NCBI GenBank assembly: GCA_020891255.1 | Contig: BQFW01000007.1 | Span: forward strand, 124,001-188,000 | Origin: Entomortierella parvispora E1425 | Taxonomy: Eukaryota; Fungi; Mortierellomycota | Length of the DNA stretch: 64,000 nucleotides | Reading direction: 5' to 3' | Shown here: piece after piece, positions 38,015 through 50,299 of the stretch | How positions within the stretch are numbered: position 1 is the stretch's first letter | Layout of the letters: each line of letters starts with the position of its first letter | The notes under the pieces: model-generated | Databases searched by the model: none | The model's input: the letters and a program-made list of their open reading frames with translations, nothing else | What the model was told of the DNA's origin: nothing | Made by a program: the position numbers and the translations under genes

Positions 38015-41000
38015 ATGGGTGGCCCTGGCCTTTTGGCGGTCGTTGGTACAGCAAAGGAGCTCCCCAAAGTCGATCTGCCAGACTGCAAGATCCTCGTCGA
38101 TGTCGGTTCGTTTTACCCATTTCTCGTTCGCTCGGTCTACAACAGCAAGATGGGCAAGCCAGAAGAATTCGCCGCCATTTGGATCATGAACAAGTTCAAT
38201 GTTCCCAATGTCGAGTTCTTTATCGACGGCCATGGCAACAAAGAGAAGCATGCAACAAGCATGGCGCGACGTGACAACCAGGCCGATCTAGACAGTGCGG
38301 AATCCATTGTTAAAGAGATGGAGGATAGAGCTGCCGTCGGAAAGAGTACCAACAAGACCGACTACAGGACCTGCACAAAGCTATTAAGGTCTTGCACATC
38401 TCTCACCTACGACTTTAAGGACAAGCTTAGCAAGCAGATGGCATCACAATTAGCGGATCGTTTCATGAATGACTATCAGCTTGGACGGACTTTTGAACAA
38501 TCTCCGCGCCATGTGCAGGCGAGACGACGCATCGGACATGAGGTTAACGTTGGTTTAGAAACTCTGAACGATCACCAGCTGAAGCAGCATTTCGATACCG
38601 CCGCCCAGAAGTACGTCAAGCTGGTCGACGGTGAGGCCGACCTCGCAATTGTTCGTCGAGCCAAGGAGCTGGTTATCGCAAAGACAAAGTTTGTTGTAGT
38701 CGGCAATGACTGTGACTACGCCATCCATCCGTCGATTCCGATCCTTCTGCGGCCCTCTGGCAAGAAGTATATCCAGTACAATGTCGATGAACTTTTGGCA
38801 AAGTCGGAGCGGACACGGGCTCAGTTCACAGTGCTGGGCTGTGTGTCCAAAACGGACTATAATGCGAACCTTGCTGGGTTTGGTATTGTCACCAATTCGC
38901 GTATCATCAAGTCTTGCTCAAAAGGTAAGTAGCCAAGGCTATTTTTTTGTTCTACCAAACATCAAGCTAGAGATCACATCAAGCAAAATAACTAATCACT
39001 CTCCGTGCAACCTTCTGTTAGACATCATTGTGGACGGCATTCCTGTGAAGGACGCTGCGCTCAAGATCTTGGACAATTACTACGAACACAAGGATGTCAA
39101 GGAGGCCATTGAAAAAATCGATCCCTCGGATGTCGAGATGAAGGAAAACCAACGAGCGTCTTCCAAGAGGATATTCATCGATGGCGTAGAGACTCCACTC
39201 AGTGACGACGTAAAGCTCACAAGAGCAAACTTGGAGAATCAGACGCGAGATAAAGTCATCGACCTGAAGAAGCGCATGCTTGCGGCCGGCAAGATTCGCC
39301 GCCAGGTACTCAAAAACCGAAAGGAAAAGTCGACACAGCAGTAAGTCACCATGTCAGAACAAATACAGACCGAGCCACGATTGAAAACATCATCTTGCTG
39401 ACACTTCGTTTTACATTGACACCTTTGATCGCAAATAGAACAAGCGTAGAAAAGTACAAGAGAAAGAGGTACAACCGCTTCAAGACTGTTCAGTGCCCGC
39501 GCCTCGATGACCCGTCACACCCAGGTTATTCTCCCAGGCCGGATGACAGTGCGACACCCGATCCAGCACGTCAAGAGCGTCAAGCACGTCAACATCTCCA
39601 TCGCCAAAGTGTCAACGCACGCCGATTGATACGTGATGACAATATGGCCATTCGTGCTGGGCGCTGCAAGACCGAGTACAAGAGCAAAGGATTTCACAAG
39701 ATGCCTTCCAAACAGTTTGCCATCAAAGTTAACTGTGTCGGAGGCGCAGGCACGCAGGTCAATGCGACCTTGGGGGATCCGCCAAAGGATCTGGAATTCA
39801 AGCCATTCAAGCCATTCGATCCAGACTATGGCAAAAAAAACAAAGACCCAGAGAACCCCGAGGCAAGGACCAAGCCCGAGACCAAGCCCAAGCAGAGCCG
39901 AAAGAAGACGACAAGAAAGTCTGGGCAGACTCCAAAGGCTCCCAAGGCACCCAAGCCGGCCACTCCACCCAGCAACCGCGCCTTGAGAAAATCGTTCTTC
40001 CTCAAAAGTCTGACTGGTCGTCACGTATGTAAAACACTGAACATGGGCCAGCTGGGAAGCAATATTGACAAGGCGATCAGCGCATCGTGGTTGGCTGAGC
40101 ACTCAAACAAAACAAAGTACAACACCTTAAGGAAGTTGACCCAAAACGACGTCAGACTGGCAGTTGTCAAGACCATGCGGCGCATTGCAGGGTCGCCAAC
40201 GAGCTGTTGCGCCATGGGCAGGATGCCGTTGGGTTGTACATCACCGACACCAAGGATTTGCGGCCCTTGAAGGAAGCTTTGTTTCTGCCAAAGAAATTGA
40301 GGGACGCCGCTGAAGCTGCCAAAGCCGCGGCCAGTATTGCTCGCACTGCTGCCGAAGCTGATCCTACCAACACTGATGTCGCCACTGCTTTGGCAGCCGC
40401 CGACGCCGCCGCCGCTACTGCGATTGCCAATGCCGACGTCGATAGCATTATCAACAATGCAGGCAAGAAGAGACTGGCGAATATCGAAAAGAAAAAGGGC
40501 TCACGTCGTCGCAGGGGCAGCAAGACGAAAAGTGCTGACACTCCCGGGTCCGGTCCAACCGGTATGGACGTTGACGCACTTGCTGTTGGTCTTTCCGATA
40601 TGGATATTGACACGTCTAGCCTTGGCCCTATGGACATGGACATTGACTCGCCTGCTCCCGCTCCTGTCTCGAGTCCCAAGGAGGACATGGACTCTGATGA
40701 TGAGGTCAACGTGGATGATGAGGAGGATGAACTCGAGGAGGACGACGATGCACCTGACGAAGACAACACTGGGGACGGTGACGACGACGAGGGAGACACT
40801 GAGGATGAATCGGGAATGAAGGGGGACAATGGTGGCTTCATGTTGTCTCTGCTCAGGTATTTTCGACACCAATTTGAAATTGGTCAGGGAAACACCAACC
40901 GCCACCTCATTGAAGATATTCGCTCGTTATACTCCAAAGTTAATACCAACTTTGACGAGTCCACGCTCCTCGTCTTGACTGGGATTCAAGCTAAAGGGTC

Positions 41001-43983
41001 GAAAAATGTGTACCTGGAAGGCAGTATTGTGGCTCAACTGGGCATCCGTTTAGCATGTCAGTTGCGGAGGTATTTTATTGACCAGGCGGCCGGCATTGCG
41101 ACGAGTCTTCCTCAGTCCCCCATAAGGAACGGCCACATCAGGCTAAGCGAGCTGGACCTTTGGAACCATTTCCAGTATGTTTGGGATATATTCAACTTTA
41201 TCATGGTTATACGGAACGCCGAAAAGACCCTCCAAGGCCTTCCTGCATCCACCCAACAGAACTTCAAGCTAGAACTCAACGAATTACCTCCCGGTTGGCT
41301 CCTCATAAAGCTGGTGACACCCCTCGGCAAGGGAGACAAAGACAAGGTCACCACTGCCACGATCCAAGAGATGTCTGATCTGAAAGCATACCTGGTAAAT
41401 GATGCCTCGGACAAGAGTGTTAGCTCGAGCGAGTTCTTGATGGCACAGCGGAGGATACCAGATGCTACCAACCTGGTGCGCGGACAACCAAAAAACTTTT
41501 TGCCGTCGTATCTACACAGAGGATCGATCGTCACCAATGGGTCCCACGCCTACCTCTCAACTGTCGATCTCCGGATTCGGAAGCAACAACGATTTATCAC
41601 AGAGATATTCGAGGAGGGGGGAGGGTTCCGCAGGAGACATGTCCTCTCCCCTGATAATCGAAAGTTGCTACCAAACTTGTCAACAGCCGTCCCTAGCCAG
41701 GAATCACTGACGGCAATGTTTCCAGACACAACCAGGGTGGACATTGGCGCGATTGATCTTGGCAAGGAGTTTATGGTCGGATTTGCCTGCAAGCGCTATG
41801 ACAGCGATGACTTTATCTATACGATCAGCGCAAAGACAAGGGCAGTGTACCAACCGTCCAATCGACGTCGGAGCGAAGTCAACACATTGAAGAACAACAC
41901 CATCATTGACATCCCGGTTGGAGAGAGCGCCAAGTTGATCCCACCACGCAAGTTCACTCCAGGAATGACCACGACTGGTCAGGCCATAGCAATGTATGAA
42001 ACAAGGCTAGAGTCGATGGACAACAACCCAAAGGGACGGATCCAGGAAAAGTTGACCCCAGAGTACCATTTACTCTCTTCGTTCTACAACAAAGGCCATC
42101 GACATCAAAAGAGTGAGGCACAAACGAAGCGTGCGACAACGGCAGAGCTAGACATTCTGACCAACCATATCTTAACAGCCATGGGGACACACCTGCGCGT
42201 GCAAGAGGATGGTCAGCCCAGACCGAGGGGAGTAATTTCCATCGGGCAGGACGGGAAGCGTGGGTTCTCGTCAGTGTCAAAGGGCTACGAGATGTCCAAG
42301 CACAACACGTTTCTGGACCACTTTGTGCCTCGGGTAATTTTTTTTCTTTCACCTTTTTTTTTTTTTTTTTTTTTTTCGGATCTGTCAAGGTCCAGTCAAC
42401 AAGAACAAGAGACTAACAGTTGTTCCACGATTCATGTTTACAACCACTGCAACTAGGCCCGAAGACTTGGCTACATCATTGTTGGTTTGCCAGAGTATTA
42501 TACCTCCCGCCGTTGCCCAAAGTGTCAGAGCAGCGGCATCTCCGAGCAGGACTTTGTGGGCTATATAAGAATACGCCGTGCCCATTGTGTCCGCTGTGGG
42601 ACATGGTTCCACCGGGATCTGCTTGCTGCTTCCAACATGGTCGTGGCAACCAGGTACTACCTGGACCACCTCTCGCGCCCTGCCTACCTTTTGCCAATCA
42701 CAAAGGACGAGAAATTTGTCTTTGACCAAAGGTATGGACCCAACCTTCCACCGGGTGTGCCAGCCAACAAAATCATTCGCCGTGGTGAATCTGGTGATCA
42801 GCCAGACATTGCCAGTTCGAGCAGTTCAAGCGCACCACCACCACCTCCACCACCAGCGTCGCCGCCAGGTAAGGCAACTCTGCTGCTCGTGCTTTTATAG
42901 GTTTATAGGCCATGTGCTGCTGAATGTCCTCTTGACGTCCTCTTGACCACATTTCACATTGTATTTTCTCAGGCACTCTGCAGACACCAAAGTTGAGCCG
43001 AAAGGACGCCCAAAAGCAGAGGCAAGCACAGACTCTAGCCCAGCTTGGCTCAGGGTCAGCTGCAGGGTCAAGTTCTACGCAAGTGCAGGCAGAAGGCCCT
43101 CCACCAAAGAAGCGACGCACTCGTCCTGCTGCAAAGAGGACGGCACCGCAGACACTGGCACAGATACCGCAAGGATCATGGACAAGTTCAGCTCTGGGTT
43201 CGCAAACGCACAGTCAGGCTCAGGCCCAGACACAGGCCCAGGCGTCATGGACACCAGAGCAAAGGTCGTTTCTTTCACCCACTCAGTCATCACAAAGACA
43301 AAGCTATGCAGCCATTGCAGCAGTGGGAGTGGCACAGGCACAGGCACGGCAAGGACCAGCATCGGCGTCAAGTTCGCAAGCTCGTCCACGGATGCAACCC
43401 CAAACACGACAGCAGACACAGAGTCAGCCACAGACCGGGGCACAGAGACCACCCATGCGGTTGTGGTCCTACGCAGAGTCAGTGCGAGGAAGGCAGGCCG
43501 AAGCAGGATCATCCACAGGAGGTGAGTGAATCGCCCAATTGCTCCACAATTATATCCATTCGTTATCTAACACAGGCGCCGACCATTTCTTTGACTGTCC
43601 ATCGCAACAGGTCCCATTCGCCGTGGCCAGTCCATTCACCCGCAAGCAGGGCAGCAAACAGGCAAGTCCATGGGAGCGTTCAAAAAGCGAGACCACTTTC
43701 TAACATGGATGTATATTCATCCTTTCTTGTAGGCTTGGCCTACTTGGCATCGCCCTCTACCCCATCGCCGGCCGCTACATCAACCTCAGCCTCAGCGTCA
43801 TCTTCTTCTGCACCCAGGCGACAGCAGCAGCAGCAGCAAGGTAAATACAGCAACCGCCTCGAGTCATCCAACGCACTTGAGACTCACTATCACCATGGTT
43901 GACTACTTTTCGCAATCATCACAATAGATCCAACAGCAGGATCAGCATCTTCATCCCTCAGCGATACTAACAGACTCGCGTAA
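38015..43983 (+). CDS. FEN1/XPG-like 5' nuclease fused to a Fanzor (eukaryotic TnpB-like) RuvC-zinc finger nuclease; about 1,766 aa, 8 exons, one 1-bp frameshift at 40190-40192
   Basis: Exons 38015-38924, 39022-39340, 39439-42333, 42457-42868, 42973-43521, 43611-43661, 43733-43840 and 43928-43983 join in frame if one base is restored in the G-run at 40190. FEN-like motifs: MGGPGL, LVDVGS, FIDG..K..R, GEADL, GNDCDY, TDYNANLAGFG. Fanzor motifs: GAIDLG, ISIG, ARRLGYIIVGLPEYYTSRRCPKC..CVRC..HRDLLAASNM. Confidence 0.88.
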
Positions 43984-44210
43984 TCTACCTTATAGTAGAA
44001 TTGGGTAAGAAAAAGTTCTTGTTCAAAAGGCAAAGGCAAGCGACATGCTACAAGCGACATGCTTCAAGTCTTTCTAACACGTTGATCACCTCTCTTTTCG
44101 TCTCTACAGGTTTTGCTCCGGGTAGGTCGCTATTTTTTTTTTTTTTTTGATTTTTGTGAATCGTCGTGAAAACTAATCTAAGCCACCCTTGACCAATAGC
44201 GAAGCCCGCC

Positions 44211-44280
44211 TGCGGTCTGCGCAAGCCTTTTTTGTTCGAGCACCGACCACTCCAAGAGCGGCGTCTGCGCTGGGACCGCA
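44211..44280 (+). ncRNA. Candidate omegaRNA scaffold hairpin downstream of the Fanzor ORF
   Basis: tgcggtc (44211-17) pairs with gaccgca (44274-80), gcgca with tgcgc, gcc with ggc, and tttttg with caagag. Its position about 230 nt after the stop fits Fanzor loci. No expression evidence. Confidence 0.35.
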
Positions 44281-45266
44281 CGAACAGAGTTTGAAAATAG
44301 CCTGTTTTGGAGTCGCGCTCAATTGCTTCACGCTTTCTGATCACCTGAATGCATTGCTTAACCACCTCGAACGCCAAGAGCTCTTGTCCCGTATTCCTCC
44401 TACTTCCCTTTCAGTCTTCAAAGTGTTTCATGTCGTAGAAAATGAAGATTCGTCCTCGCCGATCCCAATGGACCACGTCAGCCACGCCACACTCTTTTCT
44501 TTTTTTTTTTTTTTTTGACGCTGTTCGCCATTGTTTTAATCTCGATCGCTTGACTTTCGTCATTGAGTACGTACCATCTGTAAACAAATTGCTGTCCAAT
44601 GGACCACAAAACACTAATCTAACTTACCTTTTTTGACTATTTGGTTAGTGCGGTATATCACTAGACTGAAAGTAGCAATTACCTTCTTGGAGCAAATTCT
44701 GCCTCAGCCCTCGAGTGCAAAAAGAACAAAAATGGGCAAAGGTCCGGCCGATAGCGCCCATCAAAACAAAAGCAGTAATGCTTTGAGTGTCCATCTTTTA
44801 GAGACTTTGTATCACATTCACTGGATGGCGCTTTCTCACGTCTGCCAACATGTTTGTTTCAAGCTCAGGGCGGACACCAACCTACACGCGCGCACAGAAA
44901 ACTGGCGTTACTAAGCCGATGCGTGCAGATTACCGCGAAGTGCAGGCCTCGCAGTGCTTTGCACTTCACCCCTGCGTTCGCTAAAATCTCCTTTATTGGT
45001 CAACAAAGGCTGAAAGTACCCGATTTTTAGAGACGTGCTACTTGGATTGTTCACACCAGCTGCGCGGTTGTGCTCATTTTGATCTTGAGGGGATTTTTGT
45101 TCCCTGCGCTCTTGGGTGGGAACTCTTTCTCTTGAAGCCTCTGGTGACGGGTATAAAAGGACAGCACGATTTTTCACTTTCTGTCTTCATACTCACCCCA
45201 AAACGCACCCACCGTAAAAAACATATTCCTCCTCTTTCCCTCAAATCGACATCCACAAGCAGCCAC

Positions 45267-46563
45267 ATGTCCACCCCAAGCATTGCCATCATTGGTGCCG
45301 GTGTCGCCGGCCTTACTCTCGCTAGTGTCTTGCGTGTCCATGGCATCCGTTCGACCATCTTTGGTAAGTTCAGAGTTGAACGAGAACCATCTGAACTTGC
45401 AATCAACCTCTCTATTCCCTCTCTAATCAACAAATCGACGCACCTCTACTTTTTTTTTTTTTTTTTTTTTTTGCTCAGAACTTGATTCGTCTGTGAGAAG
45501 CCGTGATCAGGGCGGTATGCTTGACCTTCATTCCATTTCTGGCCAAGCTGCTCTCCGTGAGGCTGGCCTTTACTCAAAGTTCCAGCAGTATGTTCGACAC
45601 GATGCCCAAGAGATGCGAGCAATGGACAAACATGGTGCAATTTACATCCACATCAAGTCAGAAGACAACACCGATGAGAGACCTGAGATTGATCGAGGTG
45701 ATTTGCGACAGCTCTTGGTCGATGCTGTTGACAAGGATGCCATCAAGTGGGGCACGCGCGTCCATGAAATCAAGCCAAGCAACGAGGACGCCAACAAGTA
45801 CACGGTTGTCTACAACGGGGGTCATGAGGCTACGTTCGATCTCGTCGTAGGGGCAGATGGCGCGTGGTCCAGAGTTCGCCCCCTTCTTTCCTCTGAGAAG
45901 CCTGAATACTCATCCATTTGCTTTGTCGAGCTGCGAATCTCGGATGCTGAAAACAGATACCCTGAGCTCTTTGAGACCGTTGGCAGAGGAAGCGGCTTCA
46001 TTGTGTCTGATGGATTGATGTTGGCCGTCCAATCCAACGCCGACAAGACAGTGCGTATCTACGCGGTGATTCCTATTGAGGAGAGCAAGTTCTCAGAGTC
46101 CAACGCCATCCTGGCCAAACCAGAGGAGGCTCGACGCTACATCTTGGATCATTTCGCGGATTGGGATGACAAGATCAAGGAAATCATTCTCCGCTCGGAC
46201 GACAAATTTATTTCTCGCCCCATTTACGAACTGCCTGTGGGAATCGAATGGAAGAGCACTCCTGGTTTGACCTTGATTGGCGATGCCGCTCATCTCATGT
46301 CGCCTTGTGCGGGTGAGGGCGCTAATATGGCCATGTGGGATGGAAAGGAGCTGGGCCTGGCCATTGCTGGCGCCGTCAAATCAGGGGAGCCTCTTTCGGA
46401 GGCTGTTGCAAACTTTGAGCAGAGCATGTACAAAATGTCACGTCCAATGGCCGAGCGTAGCATGTCAAACCGTAAAATGATTACCTCGAAGATGCCAAGC
46501 GCTGAACTCGCTGCGATCTGGAGGGAGCAATTTATTCAAGACAGTCTTCCTCGCGAGAAGTAA
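45267..46563 (+). CDS. TetX-like FAD-dependent monooxygenase (2 exons; intron 45364-45478)
   Basis: IIGAGVAGL, QGGMLDLH, RPEIDRGDLRQLL, DLVVGADGAWSRVR and LIGDAAHLMSPCAGEGAN match group A flavoprotein monooxygenases of the TetX type. Confidence 0.88.
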
Positions 46564-46847
46564 TATACCAATGTCCCCTTTCACCTACCGTAGTTGGTTT
46601 TCACCATTAAAGAGAACTTCGAAATCTTACCGACGCTGGTCACATGGCCTTACCCATGTGAAACCCTTGGACGAGGCCGTGCTGATGACACAGGGTTATT
46701 GCAAAGGGGGACTTTGCTATCGTGAGAACCAGCAAAGCTGCCACCGCCTGGTCCACGCATGGTAATAATGCAAAGCGCATCATGATCGGGTCTTCTCACT
46801 CGGACCTTGTCTTCACGTCAGATGAATATGGATTCCAAATTGCACTT

Positions 46848-49800
46848 CGAGCCGATTTGGGCTTGCCTGAGCAGCAATTCAGGTTCATCCGCATTGATCG
46901 CTCTAACGAGGACGTTGGGGGACAATACCGTTATAATGGCATGGACCGTGATCTCTATATCTATGATCGTTTCCACCGCTTGGGGTCCTGGCTAGGCAAC
47001 TCTCGTTGCGCAAGATATTGATGACCACGCCTTCGGTCCACCTTTAGTGAAGGAGTTTGTTAACAGAGTGCCCCCTCAGCTACCTATTGATCTATGATTC
47101 CCTCCTTCCCTTGTCTACCTGAATAAAAAAACCCCGAGTGAACTTAAGCTTTAGTACAGGTGGCCCTGCCATCTGTACGCGATGGCGTGGTTAGAATTCA
47201 CCAACATTGTATGAACGATGTCTGATAAGTGATTTTTCTATTTTTTTTTCTAACTCAATTTCTTTGAATTTGAATAGTGATGGCACGTTGAGAATTAGCG
47301 AAATTTGGTGGCAAAATGAACACACGCTCCAGAGAAAAGCGCGACATGCGGGGTGTTGAATGGAAAGTTGGATGGACATTACGAGAAGACATAGCATTGT
47401 CACTTGCCTGTGTCGAGGATGAAGAGGGTTGTGAGAGACGCCCTTGCTCATGGGGGGTCTCATGAAATGAAGAATGCTTACTTGAGCCCATGCTGACAGT
47501 TGATTTTCACTGACAAAGTCCGGCAGAGGCAGGGAGTGGAGAGCGCGTCTGTGTTATCCAGGGGGTGGGTAGGCGACTACACAGACAGTGCTCCAGGTGT
47601 GGATCCAAGGAAAAAAACAGTGAAGTGGTCTTTGTCCTGAGGACTGAAAGGCTCTCTAACCCACCCAACGCCTCCGCTATTCTGCAGAACAGCATGCTTT
47701 GGGCCAGGTGCGAGCATCGCATGTTAATAGATCAGTCAACCATCGATGTGGGCTTCTTGCGTTCATGCGACGGTTGTGCAACGGCCATGCAACACCTGGA
47801 TACCAGCATATGGGGCCGTGGGATCACTGAATGGAGCTGGCACGCGTTGTTGACAATTAAGGAGCGCTGGACCCTTGCACCCTGCTTGCAAGGTCGCCAT
47901 AAAAAGCCGTTTTTTTCATTCCTTCCTTTTTCTTCTTTTCCTTCTTTCTTCACCCATCCCACCTCCCACTTCCCAACTACCTACCACGCATCTTCACTTA
48001 TACTTTAAGTTCTCTGCTTGCATATATTGTCTGTTCCGTCTTGGAGTTCTTTGTCTCTGTTCTTACTTTGTTCTCGCGACGCTTGGTTCGTTCACTGCCA
48101 TCCTCCAAGACTCGGCAAGAAAGCCTTCAGGGAAGCACCAAAGGTAACTTCACGCTTCCCTCTCTACACCACCCGGACAACAATACTCCTCTGCCACAAC
48201 CTCTGGTCAGTAGCTCGTCCTTTGAGCGTGGCTGGAAGTGTGGGCTGGACCGTTGTTCAAAGTCAACGGCTCTGGGGTGATGCCCAAGCCCAGTGACCTT
48301 TTACTCTGTGTTCAGTTTAGATCTTTGAGGCTTATGCCCAAGTCTTTGTTTGGTTGAGAGACGCAAGGGCCAAGTAGATGTGTGAGTATCTACCTTGACC
48401 TGAAGTTCACCGGTGTGAGTTGAAGGAGCTCGTGTCCTTTTTTGTTGTGCTTTTTTGAGGACGAGCTTTCTTCTCTCCAATACAAAGGAAGGGTGTCGCT
48501 CTGTTTGGCTGATCGTGGACTTTTTGAGGAGGGAGTCTGAGGACTTCATTAGTGCGGTCAGAAGGTATGTCTTGAGGGAAGAGTTTGTATTGTCGGCGAG
48601 TTCTTTCACGGCCACTACATAGCGGCGCTGAAACGAGCATCCTCGTATCCCAGCCGAGCTGACGAAAGGAGTGCGGTGTACTAGTTGCCAGTGTAGTATG
48701 TTCCTCTCGAAGGACTGCTCACTTTATTATTGAGGCTTCGGACCCGATCACCACTACCGATTTTCAGAGGAGTTACCTGAACAAGGACGTAAACCTCCTT
48801 CCTTGGTCGATGATACAAATGACCTATGCACTATTGACATGAAGGCGCTACGTCCGCCGGATCTCTACTTGGCTTAGGGGAAGGTCGGGTATAAGGTGGC
48901 AAGGTTGTCGGCGAGATCAGTTCTCTGAGAAGGATACCGATCAAACGGTTCCAGAAGGAGCCTCGTAAGTTCATGAAGGAGATGAATCGTCTGAACAAGA
49001 CACGTCCTTGATGTTCCTCACGACGATGGGTTGCCACCGCACATTTTTTGGGATGCGAAAGGTCTGCCGCCTGCTCGTTGGCGCATCCTGCACAGCTTCG
49101 GTTCTTTGATCAAAAAGCCGGGGTTGACTGAGAGCAGACCACTAGATAGAAATGACAAACGAAATAAACTTGCAGGCAGTCGAACAATGAAGCTACTCTT
49201 AGTCCCAAAGAATGCATTCGCTGGCAATGAGACACAACGATGGTGACATGAAGGTCATGTTCGTGTGAGTTCAGCTCCATTTCCCTCGCATGCATCAGCT
49301 GAAAGCTATTTTCCCACGTCATGTGCATTACCCCTTCTGAATGAACATCTCTCCGATGAGTTGCGACGTTGCATGTCTGTCCCAGGAACACGCACATGTA
49401 CCTTCGATTTTGAAACAAAACGACTTCGCCCAAAAGTTGAGCGCTCAGACCGCGTGGTTCTCCGCCCGAGACGTTGGAATGCTTTTTGATCTGCACTTTT
49501 TTTTTGTGTTGTGATGTTAGGCATGGCTTTTTTTCTTTCAAGGGTGATCAGCTCTCTTGTGCAGCAGAAGCATCAGCCGCAGTTGTTCTTTTTATCTTCC
49601 TACTGCCCCATACAAGCAACCGCATCTCCTTGTCTCTGGTCTAGAAAGCGTTCTCGGTAGAGCTAGCACTGAGACGACGGACGTGACCCTCTTGACCGAA
49701 GCTGTAATTGAATTTGCTCATCTCTCCAGCGGGAACACCTTTTGGCCACCACATGGGTCCTGACAGGTGTGATGAAGTAAGAGAACTTGACTGTTGTATA

Positions 49801-49931
49801 TGAGAAGAGGAGAGGCGGTCTCGTTGGGCCCCTCACTCGGCACTTTGCTCGCCTCGCCACTTTGAGCTGATCTGGGCTTGCCTGAGCAGCAATTCAGGTT
49901 CATCCACATTGATCGTTCCAACGAGGACGTT
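46848..49931 (+). repeat. Dispersed direct repeat of about 72 bp (46848-46919 and 49861-49931)
   Basis: gagc.gat.tgggcttgcctgagcagcaattcaggttcatcc.cattgatcg..c.aacgaggacgttg is present at both sites. Confidence 0.85.
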
Positions 49932-50299
49932 GCCCCTATCGACCCTTTTTTGCACCCTCATCCTGATATCTTTGAGACAATCTTTCTAGGCACTTTCGGT
50001 TTTTAACTGCCCAGAAAAAAAAAAAAAAAAAAAAAAGACATGGAATAAACCTAGCACCTGTGAGGCCTATGTTGTAGGCCCCCAAGTTTATATCTTGGCA
50101 TTGTATGTCTTCGGAAAACAGCAACAACAAAAACCTTTAGATTCGAAGATCTTCGACTCTGCCGAATAGTAGTCTCTCTGTGAATAAAGAGGACAATATC
50201 ACGTTGAAGTAAATGTGTCAGTGGTCGTGAGAGCGGACACTTCCTGTACTAGAAAGCTGCATCAAAGTACCCCCCTCTCTGGTACCTTGTTACACCTTC

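Noticed and set aside
38015-38932. The FEN-like ORF as the host's stand-alone FEN1/EXO1 gene
   Set aside because: It is highly divergent from the conserved housekeeping enzymes and splices in frame towards the Fanzor body. Kept as part of the fusion pending cDNA.
37111-43916. Inverted match gttgcgaaaacta (37111-23) / tacttttcgcaat (43904-16) as TIRs of the Fanzor element
   Set aside because: Only 11 of 13 bases match, no TSD is present, and the right copy falls inside the predicted last intron; likely chance.
46722-47021. 99-aa ORF after the monooxygenase as a real gene
   Set aside because: No recognisable domain, and it overlaps a dispersed repeat whose second copy is not in an equivalent ORF.
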